Shown here: piece after piece, positions 17,127 through 25,814 of the stretch
Layout of the letters: every line of letters starts with the position of its first letter
Numbering within the stretch: the first letter of the stretch is position 1
Assembly (NCBI GenBank): GCA_964541055.1
Contig: CAZIQR010000002.1
Span: 1-45,980, forward strand
DNA length: 45,980 nucleotides
Reading direction: 5' to 3'
Origin: an uncultured Eubacteriales bacterium
GTDB lineage: Bacteria; Acidobacteriota; Aminicenantia; Aminicenantales; Saccharicenantaceae
Notes under the pieces: generated by a model
Databases searched by the model: none
Told to the model about the DNA's origin: nothing
Seen by the model: the letters and a program-made list of their open reading frames with translations, nothing else
Position numbers and translations under genes: made by a program

Positions 17127-18287
17127 TTATTTCTTTTCGGCCGGGGCCGGGGCGGCGCCCGGCAGGGCCGACTCCGGCGCGCCGATCCGCACGCTGACGC
17201 CGCTCGACAAAGCTTCGTTGCCGCGGATGACGAGCGTCTCGCCTCCCTTGAGCCCGGACAGGACCTCGACCTGCCCGTCGGCCGAACGCATGCCGAGGGT
17301 CAAGATGCGCTCGACGGCCTTGTCGGACTCGACGACGTAGGCGATGAAGCCGCGCTCGCTCGGCCGGACGGCGCCGACCGGGATGACGGCCGCCTGGCCG
17401 GGCGAGGCCACGGGCACGGAGATCTCGGCGAACGAGCCCGGCCGGAGGCTCTTGTCGCTTGGATCGTCGATGTTGGCGGTGATGTCGACCAGGCGCGAGG
17501 TGTCGTCGGCGGACTCGGCCACATGGACGACCTTGGCCGAGAACTCACGGCTGTCCTCGCGGACGCGGAAGAGGGCCTTCTGGCCGGGCTTGATCCGGGC
17601 CGCGTCACGCTCGGGCACGCGGAAGCGGAGCAGGAGCGGGTCGCGCCGGACGAGAGTGGCCAGGACGGTGCCGGTCTGGATGTACTGTCCCGTCTGGACG
17701 GTCCGCGTCTGGATGATGCCGGAGATCGGCGCCTTGACGAAGGCGTCGCTGAGGTTGAGCTTGGCTTGGTTGAGGGCGGATAACGTCTGGGCGACCTCGG
17801 AGGCGGCGGTCAGGACCTTCGTCCGCCAGGTCTCGACCTCTTCTCCCGGGATGAGGCCGGGGTTCTGGGCGACAACCGTCTCGCGCCGCTTGAGGCCGGC
17901 CTCGGCGTCGGCCTTGGAGGCCTGGGCCTTCTCGTAGGCGGCCTGGGCCGATTCGACGGCCAGCCGGTAGCGCTCGGTCTCGATCTCGACGAGGACCTGG
18001 CTGGCGTTCGCGTACTCGCCCTCGGCGAAGCGGACGCGGTCGACCGCGCCCGAGACGCGGGCCGTGACCTGGACCTTCTCGAAGGCCTCGACCGAGCCGA
18101 CGGCGGTCACGGTATAGACGAGGGAGCGGACCGGGACCTGGACGACATCGACGGGGAAGACGACCTGGCCCCGGCGCCCGCCCTTGGCGGCGGGCGACCC
18201 GGCATCCTTCTTGCAGGCTGCGGCGATGACGACGAGCGCCGCGGCGGCGGCGAGAGCGGCGATCTTCTGGCTTGTCTTGCTGATCAC
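17127..18287 (-). CDS. efflux RND transporter periplasmic adaptor (membrane fusion protein), lipoprotein
   Basis: HlyD/MFP-like sequence (VTARVSGAVDRVRFAEGEYANASQVLVEIE..., coiled-coil hairpin). Start re-called to GTG 18287 (VISKTSQKIAALAAAAALVVIAAAC lipobox), preceded by GGAAGGAG. It overlaps the tolC-like stop as GTGA. The listed upstream 134 aa are Arg/Pro-rich shadow. Confidence 0.9.
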   Translation of the reverse strand: MISKTSQKIAALAAAAALVVIAAACKKDAGSPAAKGGRRGQVVFPVDVVQVPVRSLVYTVTAVGSVEAFEKVQVTARVSGAVDRVRFAEGEYANASQVLVEIETERYRLAVESAQAAYEKAQASKADAEAGLKRRETVVAQNPGLIPGEEVETWRTKVLTAASEVAQTLSALNQAKLNLSDAFVKAPISGIIQTRTVQTGQYIQTGTVLATLVRRDPLLLRFRVPERDAARIKPGQKALFRVREDSREFSAKVVHVAESADDTSRLVDITANIDDPSDKSLRPGSFAEISVPVASPGQAAVIPVGAVRPSERGFIAYVVESDKAVERILTLGMRSADGQVEVLSGLKGGETLVIRGNEALSSGVSVRIGAPESALPGAAPAPAEKK

Positions 18288-19630
18288 TGACGTGGCTCCT
18301 TCCCGAAGGGGTCGAGTCCGAGGGCGGCTTCCAAGTTGAGGAAGGCGACACCCAGACCGTAGCGTTCCTGGACGAGGGCGACCTCGGCCTCGAAGAGGCT
18401 GACGTTGGCGTCGGCGACTTGGAGGGCCGTGGCCAGGCCTTGGCGGTAGAGTTCCGTTGTTTCGGCGGCGTTCTTCTTGGCGACCTCGTAGGCGGTCGTG
18501 GCCTGTTTCAGCGAGGCCCGCTGGTTGGTCATGGAGACGAGGGCTTCCCGGACCTCGAGATCGACGCGCCGGACCGCGGCCTGAAGGTCGAGGTCGGCCA
18601 GCTTCGCCAGGGCCCGGCGCTCCCGGGCCTGCCCGAAGCGGGCCAGTCCGTCGAAGAGGCTCCAGCTCAAAGTGGCCCCGGCCGTCCAAGTCGAGGTCTT
18701 GCCGCTGAACCCGGCTTCGTTCGTGATGGTGTAGCGGCCGCTGGCGCTGAGGGAGGGGAGGAAGCCGAGCAGGGGCACCTTCGACAGCGAGCGCTGCGAC
18801 GAGGCGATCCAGCGGAGCGAGCCGACGTCGAGCCGGCGGGCCAGGGCCTCCTCGACCAGGGCTTCGGTGTTCGCGGCCTCGGCCGAAGCGGCCTCGATCA
18901 GGAACTCCGGAACGACCAGCGAGCCGCGGACCGCCTCGGGGGCGTCGAGGAGATTGCCCAGCTGAAGGGTCGTCGTCTCGACCTGCCCCTGGAGCTGGGT
19001 CAAGCCGACCTCGGCCGTGGCGTATTCGAGCTCGGCCCGGGTGACATCGTTCACCGAGGCCAGGCCGGCATTGAAGCGGGCCTTGGCCGCGTCGAGGTTC
19101 TGCCCGGCGAAGGCGTAGCGGCGGGCCGAGGCCTCGCGGACCTGGTTCGTGCCGAGCGTTCCCAGGAAGGCCTGGCTGACCTCGAAGGCCAGCTGCCGGC
19201 GGCTCTCGGTCGCCGCGGCGACGTCCGCGTTCCGCTGGGCCCGGACCGCGGCCAGGCCGGTCATGCTCCGGGCGTCGAACAGGGTCCAGTTGAGCGACAA
19301 GGCCTCCGACAGGCCGTTCAGCCGCTGGATGACGACTGTGGTGTCGCCGACCGTGATCGTTCGTTCGAAGGGGCGCCGTGAATAGGTGCTCGTGCTGGTC
19401 AAGGAGGGGAGGAAGAACGACCGCGCTTGGGCGACCCGGGCGTTGGCCGCGGCGATATCCTGTTCGGCCGCCTGGGCACGCTCGTTCCGGTCCAAGGCCA
19501 GCTTAACCGCCTCGTCGAGGGTCAACGGCCGCTCCTGGGCGGTGAGCAGGGGGGCCAGGACGAAGATCAGGCCCAGGGTGATCAAGGCGAAGAAGCGTCT
19601 CGCCCCGCCTGGTCTCGAATTCTCTGCCAT
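18284..19630 (-). CDS. TolC family outer membrane efflux protein
   Basis: 448 aa. Signal peptide and duplicated OEP repeats (LTLDEAVKLALDRNERAQAAEQDIAAANARVAQARS...). First gene of the tolC-MFP-RND operon. Confidence 0.9.
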   Translation of the reverse strand: MAENSRPGGARRFFALITLGLIFVLAPLLTAQERPLTLDEAVKLALDRNERAQAAEQDIAAANARVAQARSFFLPSLTSTSTYSRRPFERTITVGDTTVVIQRLNGLSEALSLNWTLFDARSMTGLAAVRAQRNADVAAATESRRQLAFEVSQAFLGTLGTNQVREASARRYAFAGQNLDAAKARFNAGLASVNDVTRAELEYATAEVGLTQLQGQVETTTLQLGNLLDAPEAVRGSLVVPEFLIEAASAEAANTEALVEEALARRLDVGSLRWIASSQRSLSKVPLLGFLPSLSASGRYTITNEAGFSGKTSTWTAGATLSWSLFDGLARFGQARERRALAKLADLDLQAAVRRVDLEVREALVSMTNQRASLKQATTAYEVAKKNAAETTELYRQGLATALQVADANVSLFEAEVALVQERYGLGVAFLNLEAALGLDPFGKEPRQ

Positions 19631-19799
19631 CGTCGCGTCTCCTGATTCCCCCGGGCCTGGAGGAAGGCCTCGAGGGGGGCTTTAAATAGACAACTATACC
19701 ATAAGGTCTTTGGACGCCGAAGCGACCCCGATCTTCCCCTGAAAAGAGCGAAATTCGGATATAATGGAAAAAACGCCGTTTTCGCTCGCCGGAGGAGAC

Positions 19800-20174
19800 A
19801 TGAGAGCGCCTTTTCTGGAGATGGCCGGGCTTGTCGGGCTCGTTTTCTTCGCCTCCGCCGCGTCGGCCCAAAAGATCCCGGCCGCGGCGCCGGACCTCGA
19901 CCGGAAGGTCGTCCCGTCCCTGCCGGGTCCCTTCGATTTCGTCTTCTGCGACGCCGACAAGGACTGGTACAAGAACTATCTTGTCGCCGTCCTACCCAAG
20001 CTCACGGTCGGCGGCGCGTTCGCGGCCCACAACGTCTCGCCGCGCATGAGGGGCGGCCGCTGGGGCGCGGCCGGCTTCGTGGATCACGTCCTGTCCCTGC
20101 CGTTCCTGGAGACGTCGTTCGCCGAAGAAAGCGGAGCGGGGCTGTCGATCAGCATCAAGCGCGCCGAAAAATAG
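19800..20174 (+). CDS. truncated class I SAM-dependent O-methyltransferase (family 3), C-terminal half only, fused to a signal-peptide-like N-terminus; possible gene remnant
   Basis: GPFDFVFCDADKDWYKNYLVAVLPKLTVGGAFAAHNV matches the post-motif-I half of caffeoyl-CoA-OMT-like enzymes, but no GxGxG SAM-binding motif I is present. Start preferred at ATG 19800 (GGAGGAG SD, TATAAT at 19758-19763) rather than the listed 19764. Confidence 0.6.
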   Translation: MRAPFLEMAGLVGLVFFASAASAQKIPAAAPDLDRKVVPSLPGPFDFVFCDADKDWYKNYLVAVLPKLTVGGAFAAHNVSPRMRGGRWGAAGFVDHVLSLPFLETSFAEESGAGLSISIKRAEK

Positions 20175-20202
20175 GGCCCCGCCTCCCCGGCGAAGGCCGG
20201 CG

Positions 20203-21957
20203 CTATTCGAGCTTGACGGTCTTCGTGAGCTTGCCGCCGTGGCGCGACGCATAGCGGATCGTTAGCTCGCCTTTCCCTTCGACCAGGAATTGGTATTCGA
20301 CCTTGTCGAAGCCGGGCACGACCAGGAACTGGAGGTCGGGCCGGTCCTTTTTGTAGATCGCCTCGTCGCGGTAGGGGTCGACGAGAAGGCCGCCGGCGAC
20401 CACTTTCGCCCCGCTCACGGTGAGCGTGTCCTTGGGATAGAGATTGACCTTCTGGGCGAGGTAGCTCATGGTCGGCATGGCCTTGGGGTTGGAGAGGCGC
20501 GTCCGGACGCGATAGAGGTCACCGCCGAGCGGCTTGACCTCGAGGACCTCGAGCGAGACCTCCGGCAGGTGCTTGGCCGTGAACAGGGCGGCCATGGCGT
20601 TGCGGTGGACGAGGTCCTTGATCATGAAGGGCGCGCCGAGGCGCGAGCTCATCTTGACCCAGCCCCCGATCTCGACGTCGCCGTATTGCGGGTGCTTGAA
20701 GGGCTTCCAGGGCTTGTAGAGCGTGCCCGAGGCCACGTTGTCGCTGAACTTGAGGCGGTCGCGCTCGGAGACGCCTTCGTCCATGAAGCTGCGGGCCGCT
20801 TCCTCGCGCGGCGAGCGCGGCTCCGCCTTCTCCGAAGCCCCTTGGAAGGCCTCGGACTCGGTCTGGAAGACCTCGGCGCAGTAGAAATAGGCGCCCAGCG
20901 TCTGGGTGGCCCATTCGCCGGAATCGCCGTAGGTCGTATAGAGGTCCTTCCAGGAGATCAGGTAGCGGTAGCCGGGGATGATGCGCTCGCCCTGCTTTCC
21001 GAGGAAGTCGTAGACGGCGACGTCCTGCGCGGGATACTCGCCGAGCCCCTTGCGGCTCGGACCGCGGAGGAGCATGCCGCCGTTATTGTGATAAGACCAG
21101 ACGAAGGCGATGTTGGTCTTGGTCATCATCCATTCGGCCAGGCCCCTGAGCCCGACGGCCTGGAACGGAAAATCGCCCGAGCCGCCCTGGACGTAAGGCG
21201 GGGCCCAGTCAAAGCCCCAGTTCCGGTTGGGGTCGACATAGCCTTCGCCGTCCTCGTTGATCTGGCCGTCGCCGTCGTTGTCGATCCCCTCTTCCCCGAG
21301 GCGGGTCCATTCGCCCTTCTCGCCGGGCTTGATCCGGACCATCAGGCGCGGGTCCTCGGGGTCCGTCTTGTATGGACCGAAGGGGTCCTTCTTGCGCATC
21401 TCGCAGATGTTGCCGTCGCCGTCGAGGTCTTCGCTCGGATCTTCATCGATGAGCCCGTCGCGGTCGTCATCGATCGCGATGCGCAGGGTACGGTTGCTGT
21501 CGGGGCTGTTCGCGTCAGCGAAGAAGTGATAGCGCCCGTCGACATTGGCGACGGGCACGACATAGAAGCAATTCTTGTCGACGAGGGCCGTGATCTCGGG
21601 ATTCTTGCCGTAGTTCCCGAGCAGATAGTCGAGGAAGTAGAGCGAGATATCGCCGCCCTGGATCTCGTTGCCGTGCATATTGCCGTCGAGATAAAGCCCC
21701 GGCTTGTCGAGGGCGGCGCCGGTCTTGGGATTGTTGACGGTCATGGCCATGATCGGGCGGCCTTCCTCGCTCTTGCCGACGGTTTCGAGCGTCGTCAGCT
21801 GAGCGTAGGCCTTGTGGAGGGCCTCGAGGGCCTGGTAGACCTGGTCGAGCGGGTAATACTGGTCGAACCGCAGCGGGACCGTGATCTCGGCCTTCTGGGC
21901 CGGCAGGGTCGAGGCCAGGAACAGGGCCGCGAGCAGGGCATAGGCGAGCTTTTTCAC
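20203..21957 (-). CDS. secreted M14 family zinc carboxypeptidase with Asp-rich Ca-binding-like inserts
   Basis: Zinc/substrate motifs are present: NMHGNE (HxxE), DPNRNW, SYHNNGG. DxDxDG-type inserts DDDRDGLIDEDPSEDLDGDGN and DNDGDGQINEDG. Start re-called to GTG 21957 (VKKLAYALLAALFLASTLPAQ, GGGAGG SD), overlapping the upstream stop as GTGA. Confidence 0.85.
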   Translation of the reverse strand: MKKLAYALLAALFLASTLPAQKAEITVPLRFDQYYPLDQVYQALEALHKAYAQLTTLETVGKSEEGRPIMAMTVNNPKTGAALDKPGLYLDGNMHGNEIQGGDISLYFLDYLLGNYGKNPEITALVDKNCFYVVPVANVDGRYHFFADANSPDSNRTLRIAIDDDRDGLIDEDPSEDLDGDGNICEMRKKDPFGPYKTDPEDPRLMVRIKPGEKGEWTRLGEEGIDNDGDGQINEDGEGYVDPNRNWGFDWAPPYVQGGSGDFPFQAVGLRGLAEWMMTKTNIAFVWSYHNNGGMLLRGPSRKGLGEYPAQDVAVYDFLGKQGERIIPGYRYLISWKDLYTTYGDSGEWATQTLGAYFYCAEVFQTESEAFQGASEKAEPRSPREEAARSFMDEGVSERDRLKFSDNVASGTLYKPWKPFKHPQYGDVEIGGWVKMSSRLGAPFMIKDLVHRNAMAALFTAKHLPEVSLEVLEVKPLGGDLYRVRTRLSNPKAMPTMSYLAQKVNLYPKDTLTVSGAKVVAGGLLVDPYRDEAIYKKDRPDLQFLVVPGFDKVEYQFLVEGKGELTIRYASRHGGKLTKTVKLE

Positions 21958-23981
21958 TTGGCACCTCCCAGGTCGACCGTCCGGGCATCGCGCCAGGCGG
22001 TCTGGGTCTCCGCTTTGATCTCGATCTTGACCGGCGCGGCGGCCCGGACGAGCCACGTCACAGAATGGGAGCCCTGGGCCGGGATGGACTGGACCAGGCT
22101 GCGCTTCTTCCCCTGAACGATGTCGAATCCCTGGCCGCCGAGGCTGACGACGACCGGCAGGATGCGCTGGTCCCGGGCGCCCATGGCCGTCGGGTAGGGC
22201 AGGCCGCCCTTGTTCTCGATCCAGGCCTTGACCTCGTAGACGCCGCCGCCGAGGGCCTTGACCTTGGCGTCGGCGATGGCGACGCGGGCCATCTTCTTGG
22301 CCACTTCGAAGACCCAGGGGGCCTGGCCCGAGACGAGGCCGTCGATCATCTTGGCCGGTGGCGTGTTGTCGGCATAGGGCACGGCGCCGCCGATCTCGAC
22401 GTCGCCGAGCGTGGGGTGCTTGAACGGCTTCCAGGCGACGAAGCCCTGGCCGCCAAGCTCCTTGTCGCTCCAGGCGAGAAGGGCTTTTTCTTTGGGGTCG
22501 GCCCCGCCCTCGTCCGGCTTCTTCGGCATCTGCTTCAGCATCTCGGCCATCTTTTTGGTGTCCATCATGCCGCCCTTGATGGCTTCGATGACGTCCTTGG
22601 CTTTGAACTGATCGGGCGCGCCGGAGGACTTGAGGAAGGCGTTGATCTTGTCCTCGCCGAGGGCGATGAACTCGTCGTTCGTCATCTTCTCGAGCTTGTC
22701 GGGCGTGATCTCCTCGGCCGGCTTCTCCTCCTTGACCTCGGGCAGGGTCCAGAAGTCCAGGGCGAAGGAGGGCAGGCCGAGATGGTAATAGGCGTAGAGC
22801 TCGAGCGAGCCGTCTTTGTCGGGAGCGGGATCGAGGCGCTTCGCGTCAAGCTTGGCCGCCTTGAGGAATTCCTTGTATTTCTCGGAGAGCTCCTTGTAGA
22901 ACTTGAGGTCCTCGTCGAGCGGGTTGACGGCCGCCCCGAGATCGAGGAAGCCGGCGATCAGCCCTTCGTTGACCTCCATGCCCGGCGGGACGAGCGGCTT
23001 GACGAGCTCGATGAGCTCGGCCATGGTGTAGGTGCGGTTTGGGTCGGCGTTGACGAAGCTCGCGACACGCTCGGGCACCTTGATCTGGGTGAAGTCGGCG
23101 TCGCCCTTGCGGCCGGCGCGGGGCGGATTGAGGCAGAAGTTCGATTCGCCGAAGACGAAGAAGAGCCCGATCTCGCGGTGCTCATTGAAGAACTTGAGCA
23201 GGGCGAAGGTCTCCGGCTCGCTCCCGGGCCACGGGCCGGCGTCGGGGGTATGGTATTTGAAAAGGTGGGGGAAGGACGTGCCGAGGCTGACCCCGCCGGG
23301 GCCGTCCTCGTTGATCTGGCCGTCGCGGTCGTTGTCGATCCCTTCGGGATAGGTCTTCCAGATCCCCTTCTCCCCCTTCGTGCCGTCGGCCTTCTTCATC
23401 AGCCGCGGCTCGCCGGCGACGGTCATCAGGGTCCCTTCGGGGTCCTTGACGCGCATCTGGGTGATGAGGCCGTTGCCGTCGAGGTCGTCGGGGCCGTCCT
23501 CGTCGACAGCGTCGTCCTGGTCGTCGTTCATCGGCCGGCCGTTGCGGCTGTCGAGGCGCAGGGGCTTGGCGAAGTAGAGCGAAGCGGCGTCGGGATTGCC
23601 GCAGGCCAGGATGTACCAGGTCCGGTCGGCGCGAAGGTCGGCCTTGGCGCAGAGGGCCTTGGCCAGCCAGAGACCGGCCTCGGCCGAAAGCGGCACGGTG
23701 CCGTCCATGTCGGCGGCGACGAAGACGGCCGGCAGGGTTTTCGCGGCCTTGGCCGTCTCGGGACCGATCTCGAGCAGGACGAGGTCGCGGCCGCCGGGGC
23801 TTTTGGCCAGGACCGCGGCCTTGGCGAAGCCGGGATTGGCCCGGGCCAGGTCCTGCAGGGCGGCGGCGATCTCCTCGGGCCGGTGGTAGCGGTCGAAGGT
23901 CAGATCCGCGGCCGCCAGGGGGCCGAGGGCCAGACAGACGAGGGAAACGGCGATGAGGACGGGGATGCGGCGAAGGGTCAC
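21954..23981 (-). CDS. M14-like paralogue lacking the zinc ligands (probable pseudo-peptidase), secreted
   Basis: Collinear with the downstream M14 gene, with the same Asp-rich inserts (DDQDDAVDEDGPDDLDGNG, DNDRDGQINEDG). HGNE is replaced by DGTV, DPNRNW by GVSLGT and SYHNNGG by VFGESNF. Start preferred at GTG 23981 (VTLRRIPVLIAVSLVCLALGPLAAA, GGGAGG 8 nt upstream); the listed ATG is 24059. Confidence 0.8.
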   Translation of the reverse strand: MTLRRIPVLIAVSLVCLALGPLAAADLTFDRYHRPEEIAAALQDLARANPGFAKAAVLAKSPGGRDLVLLEIGPETAKAAKTLPAVFVAADMDGTVPLSAEAGLWLAKALCAKADLRADRTWYILACGNPDAASLYFAKPLRLDSRNGRPMNDDQDDAVDEDGPDDLDGNGLITQMRVKDPEGTLMTVAGEPRLMKKADGTKGEKGIWKTYPEGIDNDRDGQINEDGPGGVSLGTSFPHLFKYHTPDAGPWPGSEPETFALLKFFNEHREIGLFFVFGESNFCLNPPRAGRKGDADFTQIKVPERVASFVNADPNRTYTMAELIELVKPLVPPGMEVNEGLIAGFLDLGAAVNPLDEDLKFYKELSEKYKEFLKAAKLDAKRLDPAPDKDGSLELYAYYHLGLPSFALDFWTLPEVKEEKPAEEITPDKLEKMTNDEFIALGEDKINAFLKSSGAPDQFKAKDVIEAIKGGMMDTKKMAEMLKQMPKKPDEGGADPKEKALLAWSDKELGGQGFVAWKPFKHPTLGDVEIGGAVPYADNTPPAKMIDGLVSGQAPWVFEVAKKMARVAIADAKVKALGGGVYEVKAWIENKGGLPYPTAMGARDQRILPVVVSLGGQGFDIVQGKKRSLVQSIPAQGSHSVTWLVRAAAPVKIEIKAETQTAWRDARTVDLGGAK

Positions 23982-24133
23982 GTGAGGTACCTCCCGTAGA
24001 GAGGATAGTCGAGACATTCTCGCAAAACGCGGGCCCGAAATCAACTCGGACTCAGACACCGTTCTTTTATACGCGGGGCTGAGCCGAAATGTTCCGGCTC
24101 GCTATCTTGGCTCGGAGGATAATCTCGCGCTCA

Positions 24134-24281
24134 TGGGAAAATTTTTTAACGCCGGGACGTGCTCCGGACTCGGCGTCAAAACAACTCGCTCGGCGTGCGC
24201 TACGCCTCGCTCAAACACGTTTTGCCGGTTTCCAGGGAAACTGCCCTCGTTCGGAACGCGCCCCGGCTAAAATTTTCCAAA
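24134..24281. mobile_element. MITE-like element: terminal inverted repeats flanked by a 9-bp direct repeat
   Basis: GGAAAATTTT (24136-24145) / AAAATTTTCC (24269-24278) is a perfect 10-bp inverted repeat. It extends imperfectly inward (15 of the next 19 aligned positions after a 3-nt indel). TCGCGCTCA occurs at 24125-24133 and again at 24282-24290, just outside the repeats. Confidence 0.35.
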
Positions 24282-24385
24282 TCGCGCTCAACTCTCCTCC
24301 TCGCCATCATATCCGCTCGCCGGTATTGACCGGGCCAGACCGGCGGTGGTAGAACCAACGATAGCCAGAGTCGAAGGAGGGACCC

Positions 24386-25732
24386 ATGTTCAAGAAATCC
24401 GTCTTAGCCCTCGTTGTCGCCGGTTTCCTGATCGCCGCTCTGCCCGCCCCCGCCCAGCACGGCGGGACGCCGTCCGTCCTGTCCATCCGCGACCGGGCGG
24501 CACTCGTCTATCGGATCACCGCCAAGCGGCTCGACACGCTCGTGCCCCGGATGATGCGCGAGACCGGCTTCGACATGTGGATCGTCTCGTGCAACGAGGA
24601 CAACCTCGACCCGGTCTTCGAGACCATGGCCCCCTACGAGAACTGGAACCCCATCACCCAGATCCTGGTCTTCTTCGACCAGGGGCCGGCCAAGGGCGTC
24701 GAGCGGCTGAACGTCTCGCGGACGGACACCCAGGGCCTGTTCATGAACGCCTGGGATTCGTCCGCCTTCGACGCCAAGAAAGGCGAGAGCCAGTGGGAGG
24801 CCCTGGGCCGGATCGTCCGCGAGCGCGACCCAGAGAAGATCGGCCTCAACGAGGGCGAGGTCCAGTGGGTGGCCGGAGGCCTCTCCTCGGTCCTGAAGAA
24901 GCGGATCGTCGAGGCCGTCGGGTCGAAATACGCCTCCCGCCTGGCGTCGGCCGAGCCCCTCGTCACCCTCTGGGCCGAAACGCTCCTCGACGAGGAGGTC
25001 GAGATGATGGAGCGGGCGGCGGCCCTCTCCCGGTCGATCATCGCCGACATGTTCTCGCCCAAGGTCATCACCGTCGGCCAGACGACGGCCGACGACCTGC
25101 GCTGGTATTACTGGCAGCGCGTCGCCGACCTCGGCCTCAAGGTCTCTTTCAGCCCCTTCGTCTCGATCCGCGGCCGCTCGCCGAAGGACGTCGAGAAATG
25201 GGGCAAGGACGACAAGATCATCCGTCCCGGCGACGTCCTCCATTGCGACGTCGGGATCAAGTACGCCCGCTGGAACAGCGACCACCAGGAGCTGGCCTAT
25301 GTCCTGCGCCCCGGTGAAACGGACGCACCGGATGGGCTCAAGAAGCTCATGGCCGAGACCAACCGGCTTCAGGATATTTATTGCGGCGAATTCAAGGCGG
25401 GCCTCACCGGGAACGGGATGCTCGGGAATATGCTCAGGAAGGCCAAGGAGCTCGGTATTCCCGGCCCGCGCATCTATTCGCACTCGATGGGGCTTTTCCT
25501 CCATGAGCCCGGGCCGCTCATCGGCCTGCCCTGGGAGCAGGTGAACAACGCCGGCCGCGGCGACGTCAGGCTCGTGCCCATGAGCACCTTCACGGCCGAG
25601 ATGAGCGTCACCGGGCCGGTGCCCGAATGGGGGATCGACTTCCGCGTGCCGCTCGAACAGGACATTCTCTTCGACGGCGAGCGGACGGTTTTCCTCTCCG
25701 GCCGCCAGACGACGTTCCACCTGGTCCGATAG
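24386..25732 (+). CDS. secreted M24 family metallopeptidase (Xaa-Pro aminopeptidase/creatinase-like)
   Basis: Signal peptide MFKKSVLALVVAGFLIAALPAPAQ. Pita-bread motifs GDVLHCDVGIKY...SDHQE, YSHSMGLFLHEPGP. GAAGGAGG SD. Confidence 0.85.
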   Translation: MFKKSVLALVVAGFLIAALPAPAQHGGTPSVLSIRDRAALVYRITAKRLDTLVPRMMRETGFDMWIVSCNEDNLDPVFETMAPYENWNPITQILVFFDQGPAKGVERLNVSRTDTQGLFMNAWDSSAFDAKKGESQWEALGRIVRERDPEKIGLNEGEVQWVAGGLSSVLKKRIVEAVGSKYASRLASAEPLVTLWAETLLDEEVEMMERAAALSRSIIADMFSPKVITVGQTTADDLRWYYWQRVADLGLKVSFSPFVSIRGRSPKDVEKWGKDDKIIRPGDVLHCDVGIKYARWNSDHQELAYVLRPGETDAPDGLKKLMAETNRLQDIYCGEFKAGLTGNGMLGNMLRKAKELGIPGPRIYSHSMGLFLHEPGPLIGLPWEQVNNAGRGDVRLVPMSTFTAEMSVTGPVPEWGIDFRVPLEQDILFDGERTVFLSGRQTTFHLVR

Positions 25733-25814
25733 GGCCGGATTCCGGCGGCCGATGGTCTCTCGCGACTAAATTCTCTCAGGCCGGGCCCGGGCCCGTCCGG
25801 GAAGGAGTTCGCCC

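Noticed and set aside
24036-24095. Possible degenerate extra copies of the post-stop element (GGACTCAGACACCGTT versus GGGGTCAGACCCCGTT; CGGGGCTGAGCCGAAATG versus CGGGGTCAGGCCCCAGAAAATG).
   Set aside because: The similarity is short and gapped, does not follow a stop codon and could be chance in GC-rich DNA. It needs a statistical alignment.
24089-24352. 87-aa plus-strand ORF inside the 404-bp divergent intergenic region.
   Set aside because: It has no SD and an Arg/Ser/Pro-rich product with no motif. It spans the MITE-like inverted-repeat element, so non-coding is more plausible.
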